This document shows positions 18,191 to 29,200 of a DNA stretch of 64,000 nt, in pieces. The notes below the pieces were generated by a model. It had not been told where the DNA came from and did not search any database. It saw nothing but the letters and a program-made list of their open reading frames with translations. This DNA is from Myxococcaceae bacterium (GTDB lineage: Bacteria > Myxococcota > Myxococcia > Myxococcales > Myxococcaceae). Position 1 is the first letter of the stretch. Each line of letters opens with the position of its first letter. The DNA is taken from NCBI GenBank assembly GCA_046351675.1, contig JAXLYB010000002.1, positions 1 to 64,000 on the forward strand, written 5' to 3'. The position numbers and the translations under genes are program-made.

Positions 18191-18990
18191 AGCACGTCAC
18201 CTTCGACGATGGCCGGCAGATGTGGGCGCTCAACGCGGTCGACGCGGCGATGCTCCACCAGCAGATCTACCGCGCGCAGACGTACGCGCGGCCGGGGTGG
18301 ACGCTGCGGGAAGGCGCGTGCGTGTTCGACGTCGGCGCGAACATCGGCCTGTGCTCGCGCTGGCTCACCGAGCAGCACCGCGGCTTGCGGCTGTTTGCGT
18401 TCGAGCCCGCGCCGGAGACCTTCGCCGCGCTCGAGCGTAACGCGGCCGAGTTCACCGGCGCCGAGGTGACGCTCTTGCGCTGCGCGCTGGGCGAGCGACG
18501 CGGTGAGGCGATGCTCACCTTCGACCGCCTCGCGAGTTCGATGGCGTCGCTGCGGGAAGAGGGGCCGGCGGTCGATGCACGCGCGTGGCAGAGCGCCGTC
18601 GCGGCGGACCTGAAGCTGCCCCGCGTCGCGGTCGCGGCCGTCGAGCTCGCGCGCCGCGTGTTGCGCCGCCGTGTGCCGTGCGAGGTGCGCACGCTGTCTG
18701 ACGTCATCGCCGAGTACGGCGTCGAGCGCATCGACCTGCTCAAGCTCGACGTCGAGGGCGTGGAGCTGCAGGTGCTGCGCGGCGTGAGCGACGCCGACTG
18801 GGCGCGCATCGAGCAGGTGGTGGTGGAGACGGACGACGTGCCAGCAGTGTGCGCGTTGCTCGAGCGGCAGGGCTTCGCGGTCGACGTCACTCAAGACGCG
18901 GGAGCCACGTACCGGCTGCTCGGGCTCTACAACGTGTTCGCACGCCGCCCTCCTCTCCCTCTCCTCCCGAGGAGGAGAGGGTCGGGGTGA
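18187..18990 (+). CDS. FkbM family SAM-dependent methyltransferase
   Basis: Motif FDVGANIGLCS ... LLKLDVEGVELQVL is typical of the FkbM family. Its start overlaps the upstream stop (ATGA). The C-terminal ~14 aa are encoded by a REP element. Confidence 0.75.
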   Translation: MKHVTFDDGRQMWALNAVDAAMLHQQIYRAQTYARPGWTLREGACVFDVGANIGLCSRWLTEQHRGLRLFAFEPAPETFAALERNAAEFTGAEVTLLRCALGERRGEAMLTFDRLASSMASLREEGPAVDARAWQSAVAADLKLPRVAVAAVELARRVLRRRVPCEVRTLSDVIAEYGVERIDLLKLDVEGVELQVLRGVSDADWARIEQVVVETDDVPAVCALLERQGFAVDVTQDAGATYRLLGLYNVFARRPPLPLLPRRRGSG

Positions 18991-18995
18991 GGAGA
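18956..18995. repeat. REP-like palindromic element. It overlaps the 3' end of the FkbM gene.
   Basis: ccctctcctcccgaggaggagagggtcggggtgaggaga. Confidence 0.7.
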
Positions 18996-19006
18996 AACCT
19001 CGAGCT

Positions 19007-19045
19007 GCGGTGCGGATAACGCTGCCACAGCCCATGATCCGCACC
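19007..19045 (+). other. Conserved stem-loop motif, copy 1 (GGTGCGGA-N21-TCCGCACC)
   Basis: gcggtgcggataacgctgccacagcccatgatccgcacc, about 17 nt after the FkbM stop and between two REP elements. Near-identical to the element at 49932-49970 on the opposite strand. Confidence 0.5.
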
Positions 19046-19110
19046 GGCGAGGGGCTGCGTGGGTCGTGCAGTCACGAGACCCGTCACACCGTCGAACGGC
19101 ACTCGGCTTC

Positions 19111-19149
19111 TCTCCTCACCCCAACCCTCTCCTCCTCGGGAGGAGAGGG
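19111..19149. repeat. REP-like palindromic element (inverted partner). It contains the Shine-Dalgarno sequence and precedes the ATG of the sigma-54 activator.
   Basis: tctcctcaccccaaccctctcctcctcgggaggagaggg. Confidence 0.7.
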
Positions 19150-19151
19150 AG

Positions 19152-20522
<1,371 letters not shown>

Positions 20523-20597
20523 AAAGCCCTTTCACCGCGCACCGAAAAACTCTTTCACCACACCCCTGTCGCACCCAGTGGATCAGCGGGTCTGCGC

Positions 20598-21893
20598 GTG
20601 GCCCTGCGCTTGAACAAGGCACCCGCCATGTGGTGCGTGATGTTGGTGGCGTTGGGCGCGAGCCCGCAGGCGCTCGATCTCTCCCAGGTGGCAGACGGGG
20701 CACGGCTCCCCGAGGTGGTGTGGCAGCAGGCGCCCGAGCTGCACGACGCGCGCGTGCGACTCGCGGCGGCCGAGGCTGACCGCAAGCGGGCGCTGCGGCT
20801 GCCCAACCCCGGCCTCGACGTCGGGCTCAACACGCTGCCCATCGGGCCGCTCAACCCGCCCGGTCTCGCCGACCCGTTCTTGAACGTGCCCAACGTGGCC
20901 ATCGGCCTCTCGGTGCTGCTCGAGCTGGGCAAGCGCGAGCCGCGGCAGGAAGCGACCGCCGAAGCCGCGCGCGCCGCCGCGCTCGACGCGCTCGACGTGG
21001 TGCGCCGCCGCACGCTCGACCTCGAGGAAGTCATCGGTGACGTGGCCGCCGCCCAGGTGCGCGTCGACGCCCTCACCAACCTCGCCGACGACGCGCGGCG
21101 CCTCTCCGAGCTGCAGACCGCGCGCGCCAGCAAGGGCGACACCTCGGAGCTCGACGCCGACCGCGCGCGCCTCGAGCTCGAGGGCACGCTCACCGCGTTG
21201 GGCGAAGCGCGCGAGCAGCTGCAGGCCGCGCTGCGCGGGTGCGTCGAAATCGTCGCCGTGCCCTGCGCGCCGTTCGCCGACGTGAAGCAGGCCAACGCGT
21301 GGCTCGACCGCGCGCTCGACGTGAAGTCGGGGCCGGTGGAGAAGCGCGCCGACCTCCGCTCGCTCGAGGCCGCGGTGCGCTCGGCCCGCGCCGCGCAGCG
21401 CCTCGCGCAGAACCGGTGGATTCCCGACCCCACCGTGCGCGTGGGCTACGTGCGCGACCAGTTCGTCATCTCGGGCAACCAGCAGAACTCGCTCTTCGTC
21501 GGCTTCTCGATTCCCCTGCCCTTCTTCGAGCACGGGCAAGACGACGCCGAGGCCGCGGGCGTCGCCGCGCAGAGCGCCGAGCGGGCCCGGGATGCGCTGG
21601 TCGCCGCCGCACGCTCGCAGCTCGAGACGCTGGGCGCCGAGCTGACCGCGGTCGAGGCGCGCCAGAAGCGCGTTCGCGAGCAGTCGCTGCCCCTCGCGCG
21701 CAGCGTCGTCGAGCGCCTCGAGGCCGCCGTCTCGCGCGGCGCCGCCCCGCTGCAGGAGCTCATCTTGAGCCGCCGCACGCTCGCCGAGCTCCTGCTCACC
21801 GCGGCCGAGCTCGACCGCACCGACTTCCACCTCCACGTCGCGCGCGCGCGGCTGGGGTCCTCGCTCGACGCCCTTCCGGAGTTGAATCCATGA
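20598..21893 (+). CDS. TolC/CzcC-like outer membrane efflux protein
   Basis: Signal peptide and two repeated coiled-coil/beta halves typical of the OMF family. First gene of a three-gene RND operon. Alternative start ATG 20628. Confidence 0.75.
   Translation: MALRLNKAPAMWCVMLVALGASPQALDLSQVADGARLPEVVWQQAPELHDARVRLAAAEADRKRALRLPNPGLDVGLNTLPIGPLNPPGLADPFLNVPNVAIGLSVLLELGKREPRQEATAEAARAAALDALDVVRRRTLDLEEVIGDVAAAQVRVDALTNLADDARRLSELQTARASKGDTSELDADRARLELEGTLTALGEAREQLQAALRGCVEIVAVPCAPFADVKQANAWLDRALDVKSGPVEKRADLRSLEAAVRSARAAQRLAQNRWIPDPTVRVGYVRDQFVISGNQQNSLFVGFSIPLPFFEHGQDDAEAAGVAAQSAERARDALVAAARSQLETLGAELTAVEARQKRVREQSLPLARSVVERLEAAVSRGAAPLQELILSRRTLAELLLTAAELDRTDFHLHVARARLGSSLDALPELNP
20599..20613 (+). 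promoter_or_regulatory. Weak sigma-54-like -24/-12 candidate (TGGCCCTGCGCTTGA) at the start of the czc-like operon
   Basis: GG and TTG spaced as in TGGCACG-N4-TTGC, but GC is replaced by GA at -12. It overlaps the candidate GTG start at 20598. A sigma-54 activator gene ends 76 bp upstream. Confidence 0.2.
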
Positions 21894-23005
21894 AAGCCCT
21901 CCCTTTCCTCGCGCTGGCGCTCGTCGCGCTCGGCTGCAGCAAGAAGCCGCTGGAAAAAGACCCCGCCGAGCTGATGAAGGCCGACGCGACCGGCATCACG
22001 CTCGCCGCCGACGCGCCGCAGTGGAAGTACGTCGAGCTCGCCGTCGCCGCCGCGGGGCCCACGCTCGCGCCGCTCCCGGTGCCGGGCCACGTCGACCTCG
22101 ACCCCAAGCGCACCGCCACCGTCGGCGTGCCGCTGCCCGGCCGCGTGGAGGCGGTGCAGGTGCGCCTGGGCAGCCGCGTGAAGCAGGGCGAGCGGTTGTT
22201 CTCGGTGCGCTCGGGCGCGTTCGCCGACCTCGACCGCGAGACCGAGGCCGCGCGCGCGCAGGTCGCGGTGCGCCAGCGCCTGCTCGAGCGCGCCAAGGAG
22301 CTGTTCGAGCTCAAGGCCGCCCCGCAGAAGGACGTGCTCGCCGCCGAGGCCGAGCTGAAGGAATCGGAGCTCGCGCTCAAGGCCGCCGAGTCGAAGCAGC
22401 GCTCGCTCTCGGTCGCCGCCGAGGGTGACAACCTCTTCTGGGTGCGCGCCGCCCGCGCGGGCACGGTGGTCGACCTCGATGTCTTCCCCGGCCTCGAGGT
22501 CGCGCCCGACCGCGAGAAGCCGCTGCTCAAGCTGGCCGACCTCGACGAGGTGCTGGTCATCGCCGACGTGCCCGAGAGCGACGTGGTCGACGTGAAGCTC
22601 GGCGAGGCGGTCACCATTCAGCCGCAGGGCACCGAGCCGCGCGAGGGCGTGGTCGAGTACATCAGCGAGGTCGTCGAGCCGCGCCGCCGCACCGTCGAGG
22701 TGTGGGTGCGCGCGCAGAACCTCGACCGCCACCTGCGCCCCAACGCCTTCGTCGAGGTGGTGGTGAAGCCCGGCGCGGAGAACGAGGTGATTCGCGTGCC
22801 CGACGTCGCGGTGGTGACGCAGGGCACGCGCTCGGTGGTCTTCGTGGCGACGTCACCCGGGCGGCTCGAGCCGCGGCCGGTGAAGCTCGGGCGGCGGCGC
22901 GACGGCCTCATCGAGGTGCGCGGCGGGCTCGAGGTCGGCACGCGCTTCGTGGCGCGCGGCGCGTTGCTGTTGCTCAACCAGGTCGACCTCTCGTCGGACA
23001 CCTGA
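21890..23005 (+). CDS. Efflux RND periplasmic adaptor (membrane fusion protein, CzcB/CusB-like) lipoprotein
   Basis: Lipobox LVALGCS. Coiled-coil hairpin and a beta-barrel C-terminus. Start overlaps the upstream stop. Confidence 0.8.
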   Translation: MKALPFLALALVALGCSKKPLEKDPAELMKADATGITLAADAPQWKYVELAVAAAGPTLAPLPVPGHVDLDPKRTATVGVPLPGRVEAVQVRLGSRVKQGERLFSVRSGAFADLDRETEAARAQVAVRQRLLERAKELFELKAAPQKDVLAAEAELKESELALKAAESKQRSLSVAAEGDNLFWVRAARAGTVVDLDVFPGLEVAPDREKPLLKLADLDEVLVIADVPESDVVDVKLGEAVTIQPQGTEPREGVVEYISEVVEPRRRTVEVWVRAQNLDRHLRPNAFVEVVVKPGAENEVIRVPDVAVVTQGTRSVVFVATSPGRLEPRPVKLGRRRDGLIEVRGGLEVGTRFVARGALLLLNQVDLSSDT

Positions 23006-23012
23006 AGCGGCC

Positions 23013-26000
23013 ATGTTCGAGCGCATCGTCAGCTTCAGCCTCACCAACCGCGTCGCGGTGGTGTTCTTCGCCGTGGTGGTGTTGCTGGTCGGCGCGGTCA
23101 GCTTCCGCCGCCTCACCATCGAGGCCTTCCCCGACCCGACCGACACGCAGGTCAACGTCATCACGCTCTTCGACGGCCAGCCCACCGAAGAAGTGGAGCG
23201 GCAGATTGGCTTGCCGCTCGAGCGCGCGCTCAACGGCACGCCGAACATGACGCGCCTGCGCAACCTCTCGATGTTCGGGTTGTCGATGGTGACGCTCACC
23301 TTCCGCGACGGCACCGACGGCCTGTGGGCGCGCCAGCAGGTGCTGGAACGGCTGCGCGAGGCCGAGCTGCCCGAGGGCGTGACGCCGGAGCTCGGGCCCT
23401 ACGCGACGCCCATCGGTGAGGTGTACCGCTACACGCTGCACGGCGCGCAGGGCGACCCGATGAAGCTGCGCACGCTGCAGGACTGGGTGGTGCGCCCGAT
23501 GATCATGCGCGTCAACGGCATCGCCGACGTCGTCAGCTACGGCGGCCTGCAGCGCGTCATCCAGGTCGAGCCGCGGCCGCAGTCGCTCGCGTCGCTGGGC
23601 CTGACGCTGCAAGACCTCGAGGAAGCGGTCGAGAAGGGCTCGCAGAACGCGTCGGGCGGCGTGCTCGAGCGCGGCAGCGAGCAGTTCGTCATCAGGTCCG
23701 AAGGCCTCTTCAAGTCGCTCGACGACATTCGCAACGTCGGCGTCACCGAGCGCGACGGCACGCCGCTCTTCGTGAAGGACGTGGCGACGGTGACCGAGGC
23801 GTGGGCTCCGCGCCAGGGCGTGGTCAGCGAGGGCGCCACCACCGACGCGGTCGAGGGCATCGTGCTCATGCGCCGCGGCGAGAACCCCTCGGTGGTGCTG
23901 GAGCGCCTCAAGGAACAGCTGGTGAGCATCAACGCGCGGCTCGCCGAAGACGGCGCGACGGTGAGCGCGTTCTACGACCGCCGCGAGCTCGTCGACGCGA
24001 CGCTCGAGACGGTGGGGCACAACCTCATCGAGGGCGCGGTGCTGGTGCTGCTGGTGCTCTTCGTCTTCCTGCTCGACCTGCGCGCGGCGCTCATCGTGTG
24101 CACGCTCATTCCGCTCTCGCTCGCGGTGGCCTTCATCTACCTCGACCAGCGCGGCATGTCGGCCAACCTGCTGTCGATGGGCGCGGTCGACTTCGGCGTC
24201 ATCGTCGACGGCGGCGTGGTCATCATCGAGGCGATTCTCGCGGCGCTGGTGCTCAAGGACCACAACCCGCTCAGCCAGCAGGAACGCATTCGCAAGTCGG
24301 CCTCGGCGGTGGTGCGGCCCACGGTGTTCGCGCTGCTCATCATCATCGCCGCCTACATCCCCATCTTCATGTTGGAGCGCGTCGAGGGCCGCATCTTCTC
24401 GCCGATGGCCAACACCGTCGCCGCGGCGCTGGTGGGCGCGCTGCTCTTCTCGGTCACGCTCGTGCCGGCGCTCGCGTCGTTCGCGTACAGCAAGCCGATG
24501 CACGACCACAAAGACTCGCCGGTGCTCGTGCTCGCGCAGCGGCTCTACCTGCCGACGCTGAAAGCCGCGCTCAAGCGGCCGTGGCTGGTGCTCGGCGCGG
24601 CCACGGTGCTGCTCATCACCACCGGCGTGGTCGGCTCGCGGCTGGGCAGCGAGTTCCTGCCCGAGCTGAACGAGGGCGCGCTGTACATGACCTTCACCCT
24701 GCCCTCGAACGTCTCGCTGTCGGAAGGCCGCCGCCTCGTGCCGCGGCTCAACCAGCTCATCGCCGCGCAGCCGCAGGTCGAGGCGGTGTTGAGCCAGCTC
24801 GGCCGCCCCGAAGACGGCACCGACGCCACGCTGACCAACAACCTCGAGTTCTTCGTGAAGCTGAAGCCCGCCGCCGACTGGCCCAAAGACACGCCCGAGC
24901 TGGGCGACGTCATCCACGCGCTCCACGACGCCATCGACGAGGTGCCGGGCCTCGAGGTGAACTTCAGCCAGCCCATTCGCGACAACGTCAACGAGAGCAT
25001 CTCGGGCCAGTTCGGGCAGATCGCCGTGAAGCTCTACGGCGACGACCTGGTGAAGCTGCAGGCGCAGGCCGAGAAGGTGAAGCTCGTCATCTCCACGGTG
25101 CCCGGCGTCGCCGACCTGGGCATCGTGAAGTCGGGCGAGGTGCCGCAGCTGCAGGTCGAGCCCGACCGCGTGGCGCTCGCGCGCTACGGCATGACGCTCG
25201 GCGAGTTCCAGCACGTGTTCCAGACCTCGGTCGGCGGCCGGCCGGTCGACGAGTTCTGGGAAGGCGAGCGCCGCTTCGACGTGGTGCTGCGCCTGCCGCG
25301 CACCGAGCGCGACGACGTGGAGAAGCTCAAGAAGCTGCGCGTCGCCGTCGAGGGCGGCGTCACCGTGCCGATGGAGGCGCTGGCGAAGATCTCCACCGGC
25401 ACCGGCCGCGCGAGCATCAACCGCGAGAACGGGCGCCGCTACATCGGCATTCGCATGAACGTGCGCGACCGCGACCTGGGCAGCTTCGTCGACGAGGCCC
25501 GCGGCCGCGTGGACAAGGAAGCGCCGCTGCAGGCCGGCCAGCGCATCGAGTGGGGCGGCGAGTTCGAGAACAAGGAACGCGCCATGAACCGGCTCGCGCA
25601 GGTGGTGCCGGTCGCGCTCTTCCTCACCCTGCTGTTGCTCTTCAACGCGTTCGGCAACTTCCCCCGCGCGGTGCTCACGTTGCTGAACGTGCCCTTCGCG
25701 CTCACGGGCGGCGTGTTCGGCCTGTGGCTGGCCGACATGCCCATCTCGGTCGCCGCGGCGGTCGGCTTCATCGCGCTCATCGGGCAGGCCGCGCTCAACG
25801 GCGTGCTGGTCAGCTCGGCCATCGCCGAGAAGTTGAGGGAAGGCATGGTGCTCGAGCACGCCATCGTCGAGGGCGCCCGCGAGCGCCTGCGGCCGGTGTT
25901 GATGACCGCCGCGCTCGCCGCGCTGGGCCTGGTGCCCGCCGCGATGAGCCGCGCCATGGGCTCGGAGACGCAGCGCCCGCTCGCGGTGGTCATCGTGTTC

Positions 26001-26087
26001 GGCACCCTGTCGGCCTGCGCGCTGACGCTGGTGCTCTTGCCGGTGATGTACCGGGAATACGCGAGGCGCTTCGAGAAGCGCGCCTGA
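23013..26087 (+). CDS. Heavy-metal efflux RND permease (CzcA/CusA family)
   Basis: 1024 aa with 12 TM segments and two large periplasmic loops. N-terminus MFERIVSFSLTNRVAVVFFAVVVLLVGAVSF is typical of the HME-RND family. Confidence 0.9.
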   Translation: MFERIVSFSLTNRVAVVFFAVVVLLVGAVSFRRLTIEAFPDPTDTQVNVITLFDGQPTEEVERQIGLPLERALNGTPNMTRLRNLSMFGLSMVTLTFRDGTDGLWARQQVLERLREAELPEGVTPELGPYATPIGEVYRYTLHGAQGDPMKLRTLQDWVVRPMIMRVNGIADVVSYGGLQRVIQVEPRPQSLASLGLTLQDLEEAVEKGSQNASGGVLERGSEQFVIRSEGLFKSLDDIRNVGVTERDGTPLFVKDVATVTEAWAPRQGVVSEGATTDAVEGIVLMRRGENPSVVLERLKEQLVSINARLAEDGATVSAFYDRRELVDATLETVGHNLIEGAVLVLLVLFVFLLDLRAALIVCTLIPLSLAVAFIYLDQRGMSANLLSMGAVDFGVIVDGGVVIIEAILAALVLKDHNPLSQQERIRKSASAVVRPTVFALLIIIAAYIPIFMLERVEGRIFSPMANTVAAALVGALLFSVTLVPALASFAYSKPMHDHKDSPVLVLAQRLYLPTLKAALKRPWLVLGAATVLLITTGVVGSRLGSEFLPELNEGALYMTFTLPSNVSLSEGRRLVPRLNQLIAAQPQVEAVLSQLGRPEDGTDATLTNNLEFFVKLKPAADWPKDTPELGDVIHALHDAIDEVPGLEVNFSQPIRDNVNESISGQFGQIAVKLYGDDLVKLQAQAEKVKLVISTVPGVADLGIVKSGEVPQLQVEPDRVALARYGMTLGEFQHVFQTSVGGRPVDEFWEGERRFDVVLRLPRTERDDVEKLKKLRVAVEGGVTVPMEALAKISTGTGRASINRENGRRYIGIRMNVRDRDLGSFVDEARGRVDKEAPLQAGQRIEWGGEFENKERAMNRLAQVVPVALFLTLLLLFNAFGNFPRAVLTLLNVPFALTGGVFGLWLADMPISVAAAVGFIALIGQAALNGVLVSSAIAEKLREGMVLEHAIVEGARERLRPVLMTAALAALGLVPAAMSRAMGSETQRPLAVVIVFGTLSACALTLVLLPVMYREYARRFEKRA

Positions 26088-26208
26088 AGCGGCCCGAGCG
26101 AAAACGCCAAAATGCAAGGACCACCTGCAGGCCCCTGCTCGCTCGTGCGGAGGCCTCGCTGATCCGCTGGGCGAACGGGTGCACGGCCCATTACGATGGT
26201 CGGCTCCC

Positions 26209-29200
26209 ATGGGCAGTGAAGGGGAACAGCTGGGCCGCTACACCCTGGTGCGCAAGCTCGCGACCGGCGGCATGGCCGAGGTGTTTCTCGCGAAGGCCCA
26301 GGGACCCGGCGGCTTCGAGAAGTCGCTGGTCATCAAGCGCATCCTCCCGCACCTCGCGAAGAACCCCGAGTTCGTCTCGATGTTCCTCAACGAGGCGCGC
26401 ATCGCCGCGCAGTTCGCGCACCCGGCCGTGGTGCAGATCTTCGACTTCGGCGAGATGGCCGGCACCTACTTCCTCGCGATGGAGTTCGTCGACGGCCCCA
26501 ACCTCCGCACCATTCTGCGGGCCATTCCCGACCGCCGGCTGCCGCTCGCCGTCGGCGCGCGCGTCATCGAGGAAGCGTGCGAGGGCCTCGCGTACGTGCA
26601 CGAGTTCGCCGACCCCGCCGGCAAGCCGATGGGGCTCATCCACTTCGACGTGAGCACCGACAACCTGCTCATCGCGAAGAACGGCGCGGTGAAGGTGGTC
26701 GACTTCGGCGTCGCGGTGGCGGGCAACCAGAGCAACGCCACGCAGGGGCAGGTGAAGGGCAAGATTGCGTACATGCCTCCCGAGCAGATCATCGGGGAGG
26801 CCGACCTGCGCGCCGACGTCTACGCGCTGGGCGTCATTCTCTACGAGCTGGCCGCCGGCACGCGCCCGTACGAGACCAAGCCCGACCAGCAGCTGCTGGC
26901 CGACATCATCCAAACCGACCCGGTGCCGCTGCAGCAGCGCCGCCCCGACGTGCCCGGCGAGTACGCGGCCATCGTGCAGAAGGCGATGGCGAAGAACCTC
27001 CAGGCGCGGTTCCAGAACTGCCGCGAGCTCGCCGCCGCCCTCGAGGAGTTCGTCACCAACAGTGGCCAGCGCGTCGGCACCCGGCAGCTCTCGGCCCTCG
27101 CCGCGCACACCGAGGAAGTGCCGGCGGCGCCGAGCAAGCCCGCCACCTCGCCCACGCCCGCCACCGCCACGCCGTACAAGGCCGTCTCGCCCGCGCCCAT
27201 CTCTCCGCCGCGCGGCACGCCGGTCGCCGGCCCGTCGAGCGACCCCTTCGCCTCGTTCGGCGCGCCGCTGCCCCGCGCGTCGTCGGCCCCCGTTCCGCCG
27301 CCGCCCTCGAGCGCGCCCACCGCCCCCTCCGTCGCGCCGGTGACGCTCGAAGTCGGGCTGCCGAAGCAGAAGCAGTTCGACGCGAAGGCCAACGACCTCT
27401 TCGACCAGTTCTTCAGCGACCTGCAGGAAACCGACGGAGGGAAGGCCGCGCCCGCTCCCGTCGCCGCCCCGCCCGCGCCTGCCCCGGTCGCGCCGCCCGA
27501 GCCGGAGCCCGCGCCGGCCGAGGAAGAGACCGGCATGAAGGTGACCGTCGGCTCGACCGGCGCGCCGATGTCGATCGAGGCCTTCAACGCCGCGCGCGCG
27601 AAGTACTTCAGCAGCTCGCCCAGCAACCCCGGCACGCCGCGCCCGGGCCAGGGCATTCCCATGAGCGGCCTGACGCCCGGGCCGGGCAAGGGCCTCACCG
27701 GGCTGACGCCGTGGCCGTCGGCCGTCGCGGCGGCGCCCGCCCCGGGCCTCACGCCGGGCCCCGCCGCGAAGGGCATGTTCGCCGCGGAGCCGGCCCACCA
27801 GGTGCCGACGCACACCCCGGGCACCGCGTCGAAGGGCATGTTCGCCGCGCCGCCGCCCAGCCAGGTGCCGACGCACACCCCGGGCACCGCCGCGCGCGGC
27901 ATGTTCGCGGCGCCGCCGCCCAGCCAGGTGCCGACGCACACGCCCGGCACCGCGGCCCGCGGCATGTTCGGCCCGCCCGGCGCGCCCCCCGCGCCGCCGC
28001 AGCCCTCGCGCAGCGGCACCGCGCCCGCCTTCGTGCCGCCGCCCGCGGCGCCGACGCCGCAGAACGCGCCGCCCGAGGTGCGCGCGCAGGTGCTGATGGC
28101 CGAGGCCACGCACATGCGGCTCTACGAGGCCGGGGCGCCATTGGCCTCCCGCGCGGAGCTCGAGGCGGTGCGCACCGAGCTCGAGCGCGACGAGGGCGTG
28201 AACCTCTTCGCGCGCTTCCCGATGCACGCCGGGCGGCTGCTCAAGGTGGTCGACGAGGGCCCGGTGCTCGAGCGCGTGGTCGGCGCCATCGACGGCCTGC
28301 TGATGGCCGAGGCGTGGGGCGCGCTGGCGACGCTGCTCGAGCGGCTGCGCGCGTCGGCGAGCATCGACCCGCTGCACCAGCGCGTGGCCGACATCGCGCT
28401 CGCCCAGTTCGCCACTGCCGACCAGGCCCGCCGCATCGCCTACCGCCTGCGCGAGGCGCCGCCCACCGACGCCGAGGGCCTCGGGCGCCTGATTCCCTTC
28501 TTCGGCCACGCCTTCGCCGTGACGTGGCTCGAGCTCTTCGAGACGCTCGACCTGCCGGCCAGCCGCGACGCGGTCCTCCCCGGGCTCGCCGGCCTCGCCG
28601 CGCTGAACGCGCCGCCCTTCATCGAGCGGCTGCAGCCCAAGCGCCCGCGCCGCCTCACCGAGCTGACCTACTGCATCGAGAAGGGCCGCGTGCCCGAGCG
28701 CCAGCGCGTGGTGCGCGAGCTGATGGCCCGGCTCGACCCGCTCCGCAAACGCGAGGTGCTCGCCGGCCTCGCGCGCGCCGCCAGCGAAGACGCCTTCCGC
28801 TTCGTCAGCCTCGCGCTCAACGACGACGACGAGGCGACGCGCGTGCACGCCATGCAGTTGCTGGGCAAGCACTTCCCCGACCGGGTGCTGGCGACGCTGC
28901 AGCCCTTCGTCGAGGCGCAGACCGCGGCCACCCGGTCCGACGCCGAGCGCCGCGCCGCGTGGGCCGCCATCGGGCATTCGAGCTCGCCCGCCGCGTTCGA
29001 CCTGGTGTCCGCCGAGCTCTCGCTGCGCGCCGGGTTGCTCAACCGCGGCAAGGCCGACCTCCGCAAGGTCGAGGTGCTCGAGGCGCTCGCGGTGATGAAG
29101 ACCCCGCAGGCCGTCGAGCTGCTCAAGCGCACCGCGCAAGACGGCTCGCAGGGCCCGCTCGTCACCTCGGCGGCCGACGGCCACGTGCGCTCGGCGGCGC

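Noticed and set aside
18043-19044. 333-aa minus-strand ORF whose start lies in the conserved stem-loop motif
   Set aside because: It is antisense to the FkbM gene and has Arg-rich composition. The MGCGSVIRTA peptide that recurs in two ORFs is simply the stem-loop repeat translated.
20583-26210. Long minus-strand ORFs (20583..21836, 21446..22732, 22974..26210) across the efflux operon
   Set aside because: They are antisense to the TolC/MFP/RND genes, which have unmistakable family features.
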